Source: Polyangiaceae bacterium (GTDB taxonomy: Bacteria; Myxococcota_A; Polyangia; Polyangiales; Polyangiaceae). Taken from it: a stretch of 64,000 nucleotides of DNA. Below the pieces are notes generated by a model, which worked only from the letters and a program-made list of their open reading frames with translations, was not told where the DNA came from and did not search any database. Location: NCBI GenBank assembly GCA_044376115.1, contig JBILLK010000005.1, positions 378,094-442,093 on the forward strand, given 5' to 3'. The translations under genes were made by a program, and so were the position numbers. How positions within the stretch are numbered: the stretch's first letter is position 1; each line of letters starts with the position of its first letter. This document shows, one piece after another, positions 38,105-47,328 of the stretch.

Positions 38105-39370
38105 ATGAAACCGCTCGTGTTGGCCGCTGCAAGCCTCCTGCTTTGCCTCAACAGCTGCGCGCCCCCAACGGCTGATGAGGATTGGGAGGAGGCCGACGAC
38201 GACGCTCAAGCGGTTCAGCTTTGCGCCGACGGTCCGACCGTAAAGGGCATCGACGTCTCAGAGTTCCAGGGCTCGGTGAACTGGCCGGCGGTTCGTGCTG
38301 ATGGCGTTCGCTACGCCTTCATTCGTGTGAGCGACGGCACTACCTTCAAAGACCAACGCTTCGCTCAGAATTGGGCTGGGGCAAAGTCTGCCGGCGTGCT
38401 GCGCGGCGCCTATCAGTTCTTTCGCGCAAACCAAGATCCAAAGGCTCAAGCCGAGTTGCTGCTCGCTTCGATGGGCCCGCTCGACGCGAGCGATCTCCCG
38501 CCGGTGCTCGATGTCGAGACCTCGAACGGAGTGGCCGGCGCGTCGGTCTTGGCGAAGGTTCGAACCTGGCTCGACATCGTCGAGACGAAGACCGGTCGCA
38601 AGCCTTTGATCTACACCTCGATCGGCTTCTGGGAGACCCTACCTGCTGCGCCGGACCTCGCGGAATATCCATTGTGGGTGGCGAACTACGGCGTCAGTTG
38701 CCCACACATTCCCGAGGAGTGGTCGCGATGGACCTTCTGGCAGAAGACCGACACAGGGTCGGTTGCCGGTATCTCCGGTGGGGTCGACGTGAACGCCTTC
38801 AATGGCACCTTTGCCGATCTCGAGCAGTTCCGAGATGGGGAGAAGTCGACGTTGCCGCTCGCTATCGGTTGGACGCGACAAGCCGATGGTCGCTACGACT
38901 TCCGCACCGAAGCCGCTGCCGAGGTCGTGCGTGTCGACTACCGGGTGGATGGCTTCTCGGTTGGTGGCGCAACGCGCTTCCTCGGGGCCGACTTCCCGGA
39001 TTCGTACTCCTTCTCACTCGAGAAGACGGGGCGCTTGTTCGAGGTGGTTGGCTTCGATGATGAGGACCAAGAAATCGCGCGCGGTCGTGGTCTGCTCGAT
39101 GTAACGCCAGAAACAGCCGTGTTCATTCGGCAAGCCGGCGACAAGATCTACGAGATCGGTCTGGAGCGAGCTCCCTCGGGCGTGGCGGCGATCGAAGTTC
39201 GCGCCGACGGGTTTCTGCTCGTTGACGGTGTGAGCGGTAAGAGCCGCTCGAGCCGGTTGGCCGTGAAATCGACGTTCGGCACGTTGGGAGAACGCAACTT
39301 CGCCCTCACGACCTTCAATGCCGACGGCTCCAAGCGAGGCACGCTGAAGCGGACGTTTACGCTGAAGTAG
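38105..39370 (+). CDS. GH25 lysozyme/muramidase lipoprotein with C-terminal tandem Ig-like domains
   Basis: LNSC lipobox; GIDVSEFQG, RGAYQFF, PPVLDVE, PLIYT, LWVANY, WTFWQ, GVDVN. Confidence 0.9.
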   Translation: MKPLVLAAASLLLCLNSCAPPTADEDWEEADDDAQAVQLCADGPTVKGIDVSEFQGSVNWPAVRADGVRYAFIRVSDGTTFKDQRFAQNWAGAKSAGVLRGAYQFFRANQDPKAQAELLLASMGPLDASDLPPVLDVETSNGVAGASVLAKVRTWLDIVETKTGRKPLIYTSIGFWETLPAAPDLAEYPLWVANYGVSCPHIPEEWSRWTFWQKTDTGSVAGISGGVDVNAFNGTFADLEQFRDGEKSTLPLAIGWTRQADGRYDFRTEAAAEVVRVDYRVDGFSVGGATRFLGADFPDSYSFSLEKTGRLFEVVGFDDEDQEIARGRGLLDVTPETAVFIRQAGDKIYEIGLERAPSGVAAIEVRADGFLLVDGVSGKSRSSRLAVKSTFGTLGERNFALTTFNADGSKRGTLKRTFTLK

Positions 39371-39439
39371 CAAAGCGCGTCCACGTGCTAGCGTTACGGC
39401 ATTCCTACGAACTACCTACCACCCAGGCCTGTTACCTCG

Positions 39440-40198
39440 TTGTCGCTGCCACGTGAGCCTGGCTTTGCGCTCGGTCTGCGCAGCTTTTTTCGCGGCTTTG
39501 GGCTGCTCGCTTCAACTCCGAAGGCCTACCCGTTCGCCCTTGTGCCGGTGGTGATGGCGGTGGTGCTCACCAGCGGCCTTTCGATCCTAAGCGTGCTCGT
39601 GGTGCCTGCCTTGGTCGAGCGTTGGGTAGGCGATGGCGGCTTCTGGGTGGGCGCGCTGCAGGTGCTCGCGACGGTGGCCTTCTTGATCCTGTCGACGTTG
39701 GTCGGCTTGGCCCTCGCGCAGCCTGCGTCGGGGCCGGCGCTAGAGGCGCTGGTGCGCCGTATCGAAGAGCGGCTGGGTGCGCCGGCGCGGCCCGAAACAC
39801 CGTTCCTTACCGAGGTTGCGCGTTCGGCTGGCTCGGCTGTGATCGCGCTCAGCGGCGGACTCACAGCCTTCTTCATTTTGACGCTGATCGGCCTGATTCC
39901 CGGCGCCGCCGTCGTCACCGTGCCGCTCAAGTTCTTGTGCGCAGTGGGGTTCATCGGATGGGACGTTTGTGACTACCCGCTCAGCGTTCGCGGCATTCCG
40001 CTGCGTGAGCGGCTGCGCATCGTTTGGCGCAACCTTGGGTCGATCTTCGGCTTTGCCTTGGGCCTCGGCCTGATCGCGCTGATTCCCTGTGGCTTCCTGC
40101 TGTTGCTCCCGGCCGGAGTTGCCGGCGCGACCTGCCTGATGCACGAGATCCTGCGCTGGGAAAGCACGCCGCGAGAGCTGCGTCAGCTACCTCGGTGA
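39440..40198 (+). CDS. EI24/CysZ-family membrane protein
   Basis: FFRGFGLL..P, DYPL, LLPAGVAGAT; multiple TM segments. Confidence 0.8.
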   Translation: MSLPREPGFALGLRSFFRGFGLLASTPKAYPFALVPVVMAVVLTSGLSILSVLVVPALVERWVGDGGFWVGALQVLATVAFLILSTLVGLALAQPASGPALEALVRRIEERLGAPARPETPFLTEVARSAGSAVIALSGGLTAFFILTLIGLIPGAAVVTVPLKFLCAVGFIGWDVCDYPLSVRGIPLRERLRIVWRNLGSIFGFALGLGLIALIPCGFLLLLPAGVAGATCLMHEILRWESTPRELRQLPR

Positions 40199-40238
40199 GC
40201 GCGTGACTTCGCCAGGGCACCTAAAGTACCGTGCCCTC

Positions 40239-41279
40239 GTGAGCGACTACCTCTTCCTCCGCGCCTGCCGCCGCGAACCGGTTCCCACCACGCCTGTTTG
40301 GTTCATGCGCCAAGCCGGCCGCTACATGGCGGAGTACCGCGCGCTGCGCCAAAAATACACCATGCTCGAGCTGTGCAAGACGCCCGAGCTGGCGGTCGAA
40401 GTCACGTTGCAGCCGCTCAAGATGGGGATGGATGCAGCGATCTTGTTCGCAGACATCCTGCTGCCGCTCGAGCCGATGGGCGCGCCGTTCGAGTTCGCCA
40501 AAGGGGAGGGGCCGGTGATTCATTCGCCAGTGCGTGACCGCGCGGCGATCGAAAAGTTGCTGGTCTGCGACCCCGAGGAGGGCCTTGGTTATGTGTTGCA
40601 AACCATTCGGCTGCTGCGCAAAGAGCTCGAAGGCAAAGTCCCGCTGATCGGCTTTGCAGGCGCGCCCTTCACCGTTGCGAGCTACCTCGTCGAGGGTGGA
40701 AAGAGCTCCGATTACCGCCACACCAAGAACCTGATGTGGGGCGATCCCGAGGCCTTCTCGCTCTTGATGTCGAAGATCTCCGAGGTGTGTCGTCGCTACC
40801 TCTTGGCGCAGGTCGCAGCCGGTGCGCAGGCCATCCAACTGTTCGACTCGTGGGCCGGCGCGCTCACGATCGAGGACTACCGTGAGCACGTGCTGCCTCA
40901 CGTGGCGAAGATCCTGAAGGATGTCGAGGCCACCGGCGTGCCGGTGATTCACTTTGGCACCAACACCCACGCCTTGCTCGAGAGCATCCGCGACGCAGGT
41001 GGCACGGTGATCGGCGTGGATCATCGCACCCCGCTGATGGACGCTTGGCAGCGCGTCGGCTTCGATCGCGGCGTGCAAGGCAACTTGGATCCGCTGCTTC
41101 TATGTGCGCCGATCGAGGTGGCGAAGAAGCGCGCGACGGCGATCCTCGAGTCGGTGGGCAACCGTCCTGGCCACATCTTCAACCTCGGTCACGGCATCAT
41201 TCCGGAGGTACCGCCGGACAACGTGAAGGCCATGATCGACCACGTGCACGAAGAGTCGACGCGCATTCGGGCTCGCTGA
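40239..41279 (+). CDS. hemE: Uroporphyrinogen decarboxylase
   Basis: PVWFMRQAGRYMAEY, DAAILFADIL, IGFAGAPFT, QLFDSW, QGNLDP, HIFNLGHG. Start may be 40203. Confidence 0.97.
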   Translation: MSDYLFLRACRREPVPTTPVWFMRQAGRYMAEYRALRQKYTMLELCKTPELAVEVTLQPLKMGMDAAILFADILLPLEPMGAPFEFAKGEGPVIHSPVRDRAAIEKLLVCDPEEGLGYVLQTIRLLRKELEGKVPLIGFAGAPFTVASYLVEGGKSSDYRHTKNLMWGDPEAFSLLMSKISEVCRRYLLAQVAAGAQAIQLFDSWAGALTIEDYREHVLPHVAKILKDVEATGVPVIHFGTNTHALLESIRDAGGTVIGVDHRTPLMDAWQRVGFDRGVQGNLDPLLLCAPIEVAKKRATAILESVGNRPGHIFNLGHGIIPEVPPDNVKAMIDHVHEESTRIRAR

Positions 41280-42674
41280 ATGACCGCGGATCGTTTGCGG
41301 GTCGCCGTCTGCGGTGGCGGCGTCACCGGCCTCACCGCCGCGTATCGGCTGCTCTCGGCCGGGGCCGAGGTGGAGCTGTTCGAGGGGTCGCAGCGGCTCG
41401 GCGGCAGCGTGCTCACGCTTCGTCGCGACGGCTTCATTTTTGACGGTGGTCCCGACGCTTTCGTCGCGGCCAAGCCGCAGGTGAAGGAGCTGGCGATCGA
41501 GCTCGGCCTGGCCGATGAGCTCGTGGAGACCCAGCGTGAGAGCCGCGGCATCTACTTCCTCAAGGACGGCGCTCTTCACCGCCTGCCGGAGGGCGTCGTG
41601 TTGGCGGTGCCCACCAAGTTTTGGCCGCTGCTTTCGAGTCCGCTCTTCTCCCTCTCGGGAGTCGCTCGCATGGGGCTCGATTTGCTGCTGCCGAAGAAGG
41701 TCTCCGACTCCGACGACGAGTCGATCAGCTCCTTCCTCAAGCGTCGGCTCGGGCAAGAGTCGGTCGAGCTCTTCGGTGAGCCGCTGCTCGCGGGCATCTA
41801 CTCCGGGGATCCGTCGCAGCTGAGCTTGAAGGCGACGTTCCCGCAGCTGGTCGGTTTGGAGAAGGCCCACGGCAGTCTCGTGAAGGGCGCGCTCGCAGCT
41901 CGAGCGAAGGCCCCGAAGGGGCCGGCCCCCAGCGTCTTTCTCTCGTTTCGTCGCGGCATGGCGCAGCTCGTTGAAACGCTGGAGACGGCGGTGCAGAACA
42001 AGGGCGGGCGAGTGCATCTGGGCGCCGCGGTCACAGGGCTGGAGCGCGATGGCGCGGGCTTTCGCGTGGTGAGCGGTTCGGGAACGAGCGATCGTTTCGA
42101 CCACGTGGTGGTGGCAACGCCGGCCCGCTCAGCAGCGGAGCTGTTTGAGCCCTTCGACGCAGAGGTCGCGCGCCATCTGCGTCGCATACCGCACGTTTCG
42201 ACCGCCGCATGTCACCTCGCCTTCAAGCGTGACCAGGTCCCACATGCGCTCGATGCCTCGGGCATACTGTTCATGCGTAGCGAGGGTCGAGATGCGTCGG
42301 CCATCACCTTCATGTCGACCAAGTGGGCCGGCCGCGCTCCGAGTGACACAGCGTTGTTTCGGGTTTTCTTCGGCGGTTACGCACACCCGGAGGTGCGGAC
42401 CATGTCCAACGCCGACCTGCTGGTGGCAGCGCGCAAGGAGCTTCGGGACGTGTTGCGGATCGAGGCTTCGCCGCTCGCGGAGGAGGTGTTTCGCTGGAAT
42501 GACTGCCGGCCTCAACCGGTCCGTGGTCACCTCGCGAGGCTTGAAGACGTCCAGCGGCGCCTCGCTGCGTTTGGAGGCCTCTCGCTCTGCGGCGGTCCCT
42601 ATGACGGTGTAGGTCTGCCGGATTGTGTCCGTCAGGCAAACAGCGTTGTCGCAAAGCTACTGTCTGGCGGTTGA
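41280..42674 (+). CDS. hemG: Protoporphyrinogen/coproporphyrinogen oxidase (HemY-type flavoprotein)
   Basis: GGGVTGLTAAY, RLGG, GPDAF, PLLAGIYSGD, GVGLPDCV; starts immediately after hemE. Confidence 0.93.
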   Translation: MTADRLRVAVCGGGVTGLTAAYRLLSAGAEVELFEGSQRLGGSVLTLRRDGFIFDGGPDAFVAAKPQVKELAIELGLADELVETQRESRGIYFLKDGALHRLPEGVVLAVPTKFWPLLSSPLFSLSGVARMGLDLLLPKKVSDSDDESISSFLKRRLGQESVELFGEPLLAGIYSGDPSQLSLKATFPQLVGLEKAHGSLVKGALAARAKAPKGPAPSVFLSFRRGMAQLVETLETAVQNKGGRVHLGAAVTGLERDGAGFRVVSGSGTSDRFDHVVVATPARSAAELFEPFDAEVARHLRRIPHVSTAACHLAFKRDQVPHALDASGILFMRSEGRDASAITFMSTKWAGRAPSDTALFRVFFGGYAHPEVRTMSNADLLVAARKELRDVLRIEASPLAEEVFRWNDCRPQPVRGHLARLEDVQRRLAAFGGLSLCGGPYDGVGLPDCVRQANSVVAKLLSGG

Positions 42675-42745
42675 GCGGTGAAGTTCGGTCGCAGATGGCG
42701 CACAAACTATTCGCGGATGCAGCGGCTTGAGCGGGCCGCTCATTC

Positions 42746-42773
42746 TTGACGCGGAGACCGACTCGGCTAGCCT
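42746..42773 (+). promoter_or_regulatory. Putative sigma70-type promoter
   Basis: TTGACG-N16-TAGCCT upstream of the FHA-GGDEF gene. Confidence 0.45.
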
Positions 42774-42824
42774 AGGACTTTGGGCGGCGACGGATTACGT
42801 CGTCGCTCTCTGCTTGTCAGTCCC

Positions 42825-43724
42825 GTGAGCGACTTCGAAGAGCCTACACGCGTAACGACGGTTGGCCCGTCCAAGAACGAACCGTCCCAGCCCAAGGGCA
42901 CGGACTGTATCGTCGTGATTTACACGAAGCAGCCAACCTTGCTCGGCAAGCGGTTCCCGCTCGAGGCGACCCCCACCTCAGTCGGTCGAGGCGCGGACAA
43001 CCACATCGTGCTCGACGGTGACTCCGTCTCGCGGCGTCACGCCCTGTTCGAGCGCTCTGAGGATCAGTGGGTCGTTTCGGACAACCGCAGCACCAACGGT
43101 ACCTACTGCAACGACGAGCAGATCCAAGGGGTGACCGTGCTGCGCAATGGAGACCGGGTAAAGGTCGGCCCAACCATCTTCAAGTTCCTCTCCGGCGCTG
43201 ACGTCGAGTCGCAGTACCACGAAGAGATCTACCGGCTGACCATCATCGATGGCCTGACCCAGGCGTACAACGCCCGTTACCTCTACGAGGCGCTCGAACG
43301 CGAGATCATCCGCGGACGCCGACATGACCGGCCGCTCTCGGTGCTGATGTTCGACATCGACTTCTTCAAGCGCATCAACGACGTGCACGGCCATCTCGCC
43401 GGTGACTTCGTGCTGAAGGAGATCGCCCGCATCGTGCAACAGCGGATCCGTCGGGATGAGATCTTCGCTCGCTACGGCGGTGAAGAGTTTGCCCTCGTGC
43501 TGCCGGAGACCCCACTGGATGGCGCGGTCTCTTTGGCGGAGAGCTTGCGGCAGCGCATCGAAGAGCACGTCTTCGCCTTCCAAGCCGACAGCATCAAAGT
43601 GACGATCAGCGTCGGCGCCGCCCAGCTCACCGAGGCAGACAAGCAAGCCAACGAGCTGATCAAGCGCGCGGATGAGCTGCTCTACACGGCGAAGCGTGGC
43701 GGTCGTAACCGCGTGTGTTATTGA
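42825..43724 (+). CDS. FHA-domain diguanylate cyclase (FHA-GGDEF)
   Basis: FHA: VGR, VSRRHA, STNGT. GGDEF: DGLT, DIDFFKRIND.HGHLAGD, ARYGGEEF, AKRGGRN. Confidence 0.93.
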   Translation: MSDFEEPTRVTTVGPSKNEPSQPKGTDCIVVIYTKQPTLLGKRFPLEATPTSVGRGADNHIVLDGDSVSRRHALFERSEDQWVVSDNRSTNGTYCNDEQIQGVTVLRNGDRVKVGPTIFKFLSGADVESQYHEEIYRLTIIDGLTQAYNARYLYEALEREIIRGRRHDRPLSVLMFDIDFFKRINDVHGHLAGDFVLKEIARIVQQRIRRDEIFARYGGEEFALVLPETPLDGAVSLAESLRQRIEEHVFAFQADSIKVTISVGAAQLTEADKQANELIKRADELLYTAKRGGRNRVCY

Positions 43725-43766
43725 GCGCTCGTCGGCCGGGCCTGCGCCGGCTCGAGGAGAGCTCCG

Positions 43767-45089
43767 ATGACGAACGCACGAAGGCTGGGCCCTGAGATCG
43801 TGGTTGCGCCACCCGGGCCGCGTTCGCGCGAGCTCGGGGAGTTGGTCAATGAGCTCGAGTGTCCGGCCTTCTCGACGCGGCGTAAGTCGCGCACCGAGAG
43901 CAGCCAACTACCGTTCGTGATCGAGCGCGGTTCTGGCTCTTTTCTGTTCGACGTTGACGGCAATCGCTACGTGGATCTGGCCGCTGGCTTTGGTGCGGCC
44001 AGCTTCGGTCACGGGCCGAGCCCGGTTCATCAGCGCGCAGCCGAACAGACGCTGCAGCTCGTGCAAGGTCTTGGGGACCTGCTACCCACGGCGCTGAAGG
44101 TCGAGCTGATGCGTCGGCTCACGGCGCTTCACCCTGATCCGCACGCGAAGGTCTTGCTAGGGCAATCGGGCGCCGATGCGGTGACGGCGGCGATCAAAAC
44201 CGCTTGCTTGGCCAGTGGCAAGCCCGGCCTCGTGGCCTTCGACGGGAGCTACCACGGCCTCTCCTATGGCCCGCTCGCAGCCTGCGGCTTTCAGCCTTCC
44301 TTTCGCGCGCCGTTCCATGAGCAGCTCAATCCCAACGTTAGCTTTGCGCCGTTTCCGGCCTGTGAGGCCGATCTCGAGGAGACGCTTAGCGCGGTAGAAC
44401 AAGCGCTGGCGCTGGGCAACGTTGGCGCCGTGTTGGTCGAGCCAGTGCTCGGTCGTGGCGGCGTGGTGGTCCCGCCGCGAGCCTTCTTGCCACGCTTGGC
44501 CGAGCTCACGACGCGCTCCGGTGCGCTCTTGATCGTCGACGAGATTTGGACCGGAATGGGTCGCAGCGGCGCGCTTTCGCTCTCGCTCGAACAGGGCGTC
44601 ATTCCGGATCTGCTTTGTTTTGGCAAAGCGCTGGGAGCCTCTTTCCCGATCTCGGCGTGCATCGGTTCGGAGCGTGCGATGGCGGCTTGGGCGCGTTCGG
44701 GGCAGGTGGTTCACACCTCGACGCATGCCGGAGCGCCGCTCGGCTGCGCAGCCGCGTTGGCGGTGTTGGATCAGCTTGCAGACGGTGAGATCGTGCGCAC
44801 CGTGAAGACCCGCAGCAACGCATTTCGGCGCGACGCAGCCGCAACGCTCGAGCCGTTCGGCGTTGAGATCCGCGGCGTAGGGTGGATGGTGGGGCTTGCG
44901 CTGCCGGACGCTGTGTCAGGCCGCACGGTGTTTTCGCAGCTGCTCGCGCGCGGCTACGTGACGACGCTGGGTGGAGCGAACGGGCAGGTGATCGTGCTCA
45001 CGCCACAACTCCTGATCGAGCCGGAGCTCACCGCGGGCTTCGTTGAAGCGTTCGCTGGCGTTCTCTCCGGAGAGGGAGCGCAAGCGTGA
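43767..45089 (+). CDS. Class-III PLP-dependent aminotransferase (GabT/ArgD-like)
   Basis: DVDGNRYVDL, SGADAV, SYHG, EPVLGRGG, DEIWTGMGRSG, FGKALG (PLP Lys), STHAG. Confidence 0.9.
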   Translation: MTNARRLGPEIVVAPPGPRSRELGELVNELECPAFSTRRKSRTESSQLPFVIERGSGSFLFDVDGNRYVDLAAGFGAASFGHGPSPVHQRAAEQTLQLVQGLGDLLPTALKVELMRRLTALHPDPHAKVLLGQSGADAVTAAIKTACLASGKPGLVAFDGSYHGLSYGPLAACGFQPSFRAPFHEQLNPNVSFAPFPACEADLEETLSAVEQALALGNVGAVLVEPVLGRGGVVVPPRAFLPRLAELTTRSGALLIVDEIWTGMGRSGALSLSLEQGVIPDLLCFGKALGASFPISACIGSERAMAAWARSGQVVHTSTHAGAPLGCAAALAVLDQLADGEIVRTVKTRSNAFRRDAAATLEPFGVEIRGVGWMVGLALPDAVSGRTVFSQLLARGYVTTLGGANGQVIVLTPQLLIEPELTAGFVEAFAGVLSGEGAQA

Positions 45090-46168
45090 CCACGTCGCTC
45101 GAGCGAAGTGAGGCCCTCCATGCGCAAGTCCGCAGCTACGCGCGCGATGCGCTCGCGGCAGGCCTGACCTTCGATGCAGCGCGCTTCGAACAGATTGCGC
45201 TGGAGATCGCCGAGTTTCAACGCAGCTCCATCCCGGCGATCGCGCGCCTCTATCAACAGGCACCACGCGGCGTGGATGAGCTCAAAGCCGCACCCACCGA
45301 TCTGTTTCGTTTGCGGCGGCTCGCAGCGCATGAAGCGAGCGAGGACGTTCGCTGCTTTCGTACCAGCGGTACCACGGCGGGCGCATCGGGCTTTCATCCG
45401 ATGCGTACCCTCACCACGTACCTCGAGCTGAGCTTGCCGCTCGCTGAGGCCTTTCTCTTTCCCCAGGTGGCTCCGGAGCAAGCGCTGGTACTCGCGCCAA
45501 GCTCGAGCTCGCTGCCCGAGTCCTCGCTCTCCTTCATGATCGATCGGATCGTCGAGCGTCGCGGCTTGGTCGCTCCACATCTGGTTGATCTGAAGTTCGG
45601 TTTGAACGCAGCCGAGGCCGAAGCCGCCGTTCGCAAGGCAGCGCTCAATGCGAAGCCGACTGCGGTGTTCGGTACCTCGTTCGCATTTGTCTACCTGCTC
45701 GACCAGCTCGGCGATGAGGTCTTCCCGTTGGCTGCGGGCAGCGTGGTGATGCTCACCGGCGGCTTCAAAGGTCGCACCCGCGAGGTGCCAGAGGCCGAGC
45801 TGCGCGAGCGTATGGTGCAGCTCTTTGGCCTGACGCAGGCCGCCGTAGTCGGGGAGTACGGCATGACCGAACTAACGAGCCAGCTTTATGAACCGAGCCT
45901 GATCGAGCCGGCCCGCGCAGGCTTTTATCGTCCGCCGCCGTGGGCCCGCGTGTGGGCCGCCGATCCCGACACGCTGGCGCCACTCCCCGCGGGCCAAGAA
46001 GGCGTCGCGCGCATCGTTGATCTCGGCAACGTCGATTCGTCGGTCGCGGTGCAAACGCTCGATTGGGTGCGCGTTGAAGAGAATGGCGACGTGAAGCTGT
46101 TCGGCCGGGCCAAGGGCGCTGCGTTGCGCGGTTGCTCGCTGCTGATGGAGCAGCTCGGACATTCGTGA
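45086..46168 (+). CDS. LuxE-family acyl-protein synthetase
   Basis: FRTSGTT, TGGFKG, EYGMTELTSQLY, DLGN, LFGR..LRGCS (acylated Cys); GTGA overlap with the upstream gene. Confidence 0.88.
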   Translation: MTTSLERSEALHAQVRSYARDALAAGLTFDAARFEQIALEIAEFQRSSIPAIARLYQQAPRGVDELKAAPTDLFRLRRLAAHEASEDVRCFRTSGTTAGASGFHPMRTLTTYLELSLPLAEAFLFPQVAPEQALVLAPSSSSLPESSLSFMIDRIVERRGLVAPHLVDLKFGLNAAEAEAAVRKAALNAKPTAVFGTSFAFVYLLDQLGDEVFPLAAGSVVMLTGGFKGRTREVPEAELRERMVQLFGLTQAAVVGEYGMTELTSQLYEPSLIEPARAGFYRPPPWARVWAADPDTLAPLPAGQEGVARIVDLGNVDSSVAVQTLDWVRVEENGDVKLFGRAKGAALRGCSLLMEQLGHS

Positions 46169-47220
46169 GCGCGCAGCGAGTCGAAGCCTTGCTATCGCTC
46201 GCGCGGCGCATCGCCGATCCGCGGGACCCGTTGTTTCACGCGCTCTGCGCAGTGCTCGTGCGCTCTTCGGGGCTTTCACCCGAAGGGGTCAAGCTCGCCC
46301 TGACCGAACACTTGGAGACCAGCGTCTCGCCCGACGGCCTCACGACGCTTTTGGCCTCAGTCACAGCCGCTCCGCGTTGTCATGTGGTGCTTTCGGCGAA
46401 CGTTTGCGTAGCGGCGTTGCGCGCGATCGTGCTCGCGGTTGCAACCAGCGACGTGGTGTTAATCAAGCCCTCGCGTCGCGATCCGTGGTTGACCGAGCTA
46501 CTGGTTCGCGAGGGCGCCCCGCTTATGCGTGCGTTGGGCGTGGAACTCTCGCTCACCGACTCGCTCGCGGTGCAGCCTGGCGACGAGGTCCACTTCTACG
46601 GCGGTGCCGAGGCGGCCTCGGCGGTGCGCGACCAGCTGCCTCCGGGAGCGCGGCTGCGCGTGCATGGACCCGGCTTCGGCTTGGCCCACGTCGATGCGCA
46701 GAGCTCCCTCGAGGACGCTGCTCGTCTCTTGGCGCAAGACGTCGTGCCCTTCGATCAACAGGGCTGTCTGTCGCCGCGTGTTGCGTTCGTTGCGGGCCCG
46801 ACCGAGCGCGTGCAGCGTTTCGCCGAGTGCCTGGCCGGAGAGCTGCAGCTCGCGTCGCAGCGTGTACCGCGCGGCGCGGTTGCCGAGTCGTTGCGCGCCG
46901 AGGCCGCCGTCTTCGAGCGCACGCTACAGGCGGTGGGCGAGGTGCTGCGCGGGCCTGAGCATCTCGTCGCGGTCGATCTTGCGCCGGAGAGCCTGCTGCT
47001 TCCGCCTCCTGTTCGCGCCTTGCTCGTACTCCCCGCGACAGTGGGCCCACGTTTGCTGCGGCCGGTGCAAAGCGAGATCACCTGCGTGGGCGTTTGCGGT
47101 GGTGTGCCGGAGTGGGTGCCGGTGCGGGCTCGCGTCGTTCCTTTGGGGAAAATGCAGCGGCCAGCGCTCGATGGTCCTGTGGATGGCCGCACCGAACTTG
47201 AAAACGTCCGTCGACAGTGA
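46165..47220 (+). CDS. LuxC-family acyl-CoA/acyl-protein reductase (compact, ~351 aa)
   Basis: HVVLSANV, LIKPS, FYGG, HGPGFG, FDQQGCLSP (catalytic Cys), GKMQRP..DG; GTGA overlap with the luxE-like gene. Confidence 0.85.
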   Translation: MSAQRVEALLSLARRIADPRDPLFHALCAVLVRSSGLSPEGVKLALTEHLETSVSPDGLTTLLASVTAAPRCHVVLSANVCVAALRAIVLAVATSDVVLIKPSRRDPWLTELLVREGAPLMRALGVELSLTDSLAVQPGDEVHFYGGAEAASAVRDQLPPGARLRVHGPGFGLAHVDAQSSLEDAARLLAQDVVPFDQQGCLSPRVAFVAGPTERVQRFAECLAGELQLASQRVPRGAVAESLRAEAAVFERTLQAVGEVLRGPEHLVAVDLAPESLLLPPPVRALLVLPATVGPRLLRPVQSEITCVGVCGGVPEWVPVRARVVPLGKMQRPALDGPVDGRTELENVRRQ

Positions 47221-47328
47221 AGTCTCTGCGTCTTGGGCCGGGCTCCTGTTGACCCTGAATCGATTTTGAGGAACGTTTGAAGCTCAGCTTTTGCGTCTCC
47301 GTTTGGTGGCGGAGGCGACAATTTCTCG

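Noticed and set aside
38105..39370. Prophage endolysin
   Set aside because: It has a lipoprotein signal, and no holin, structural or integrase genes are nearby.
42825..43724. Hypr-type GGDEF (3',3'-cGAMP synthase)
   Set aside because: The specificity position is Asp (GHLAGD), as in ordinary diguanylate cyclases, not Ser/Thr.
43767..45089. hemL, suggested by the nearby hemE-hemG
   Set aside because: Lacks HemL signatures (SWGP..LGH, GCYHGH, AGTLSGNP). The motifs are GabT/ArgD-like, and a separate promoter and gene lie between it and hemG.
45086..47220. Bioluminescence (lux) operon
   Set aside because: No luxA, luxB, luxD or luxG in the window. The coupled partner is an aminotransferase.
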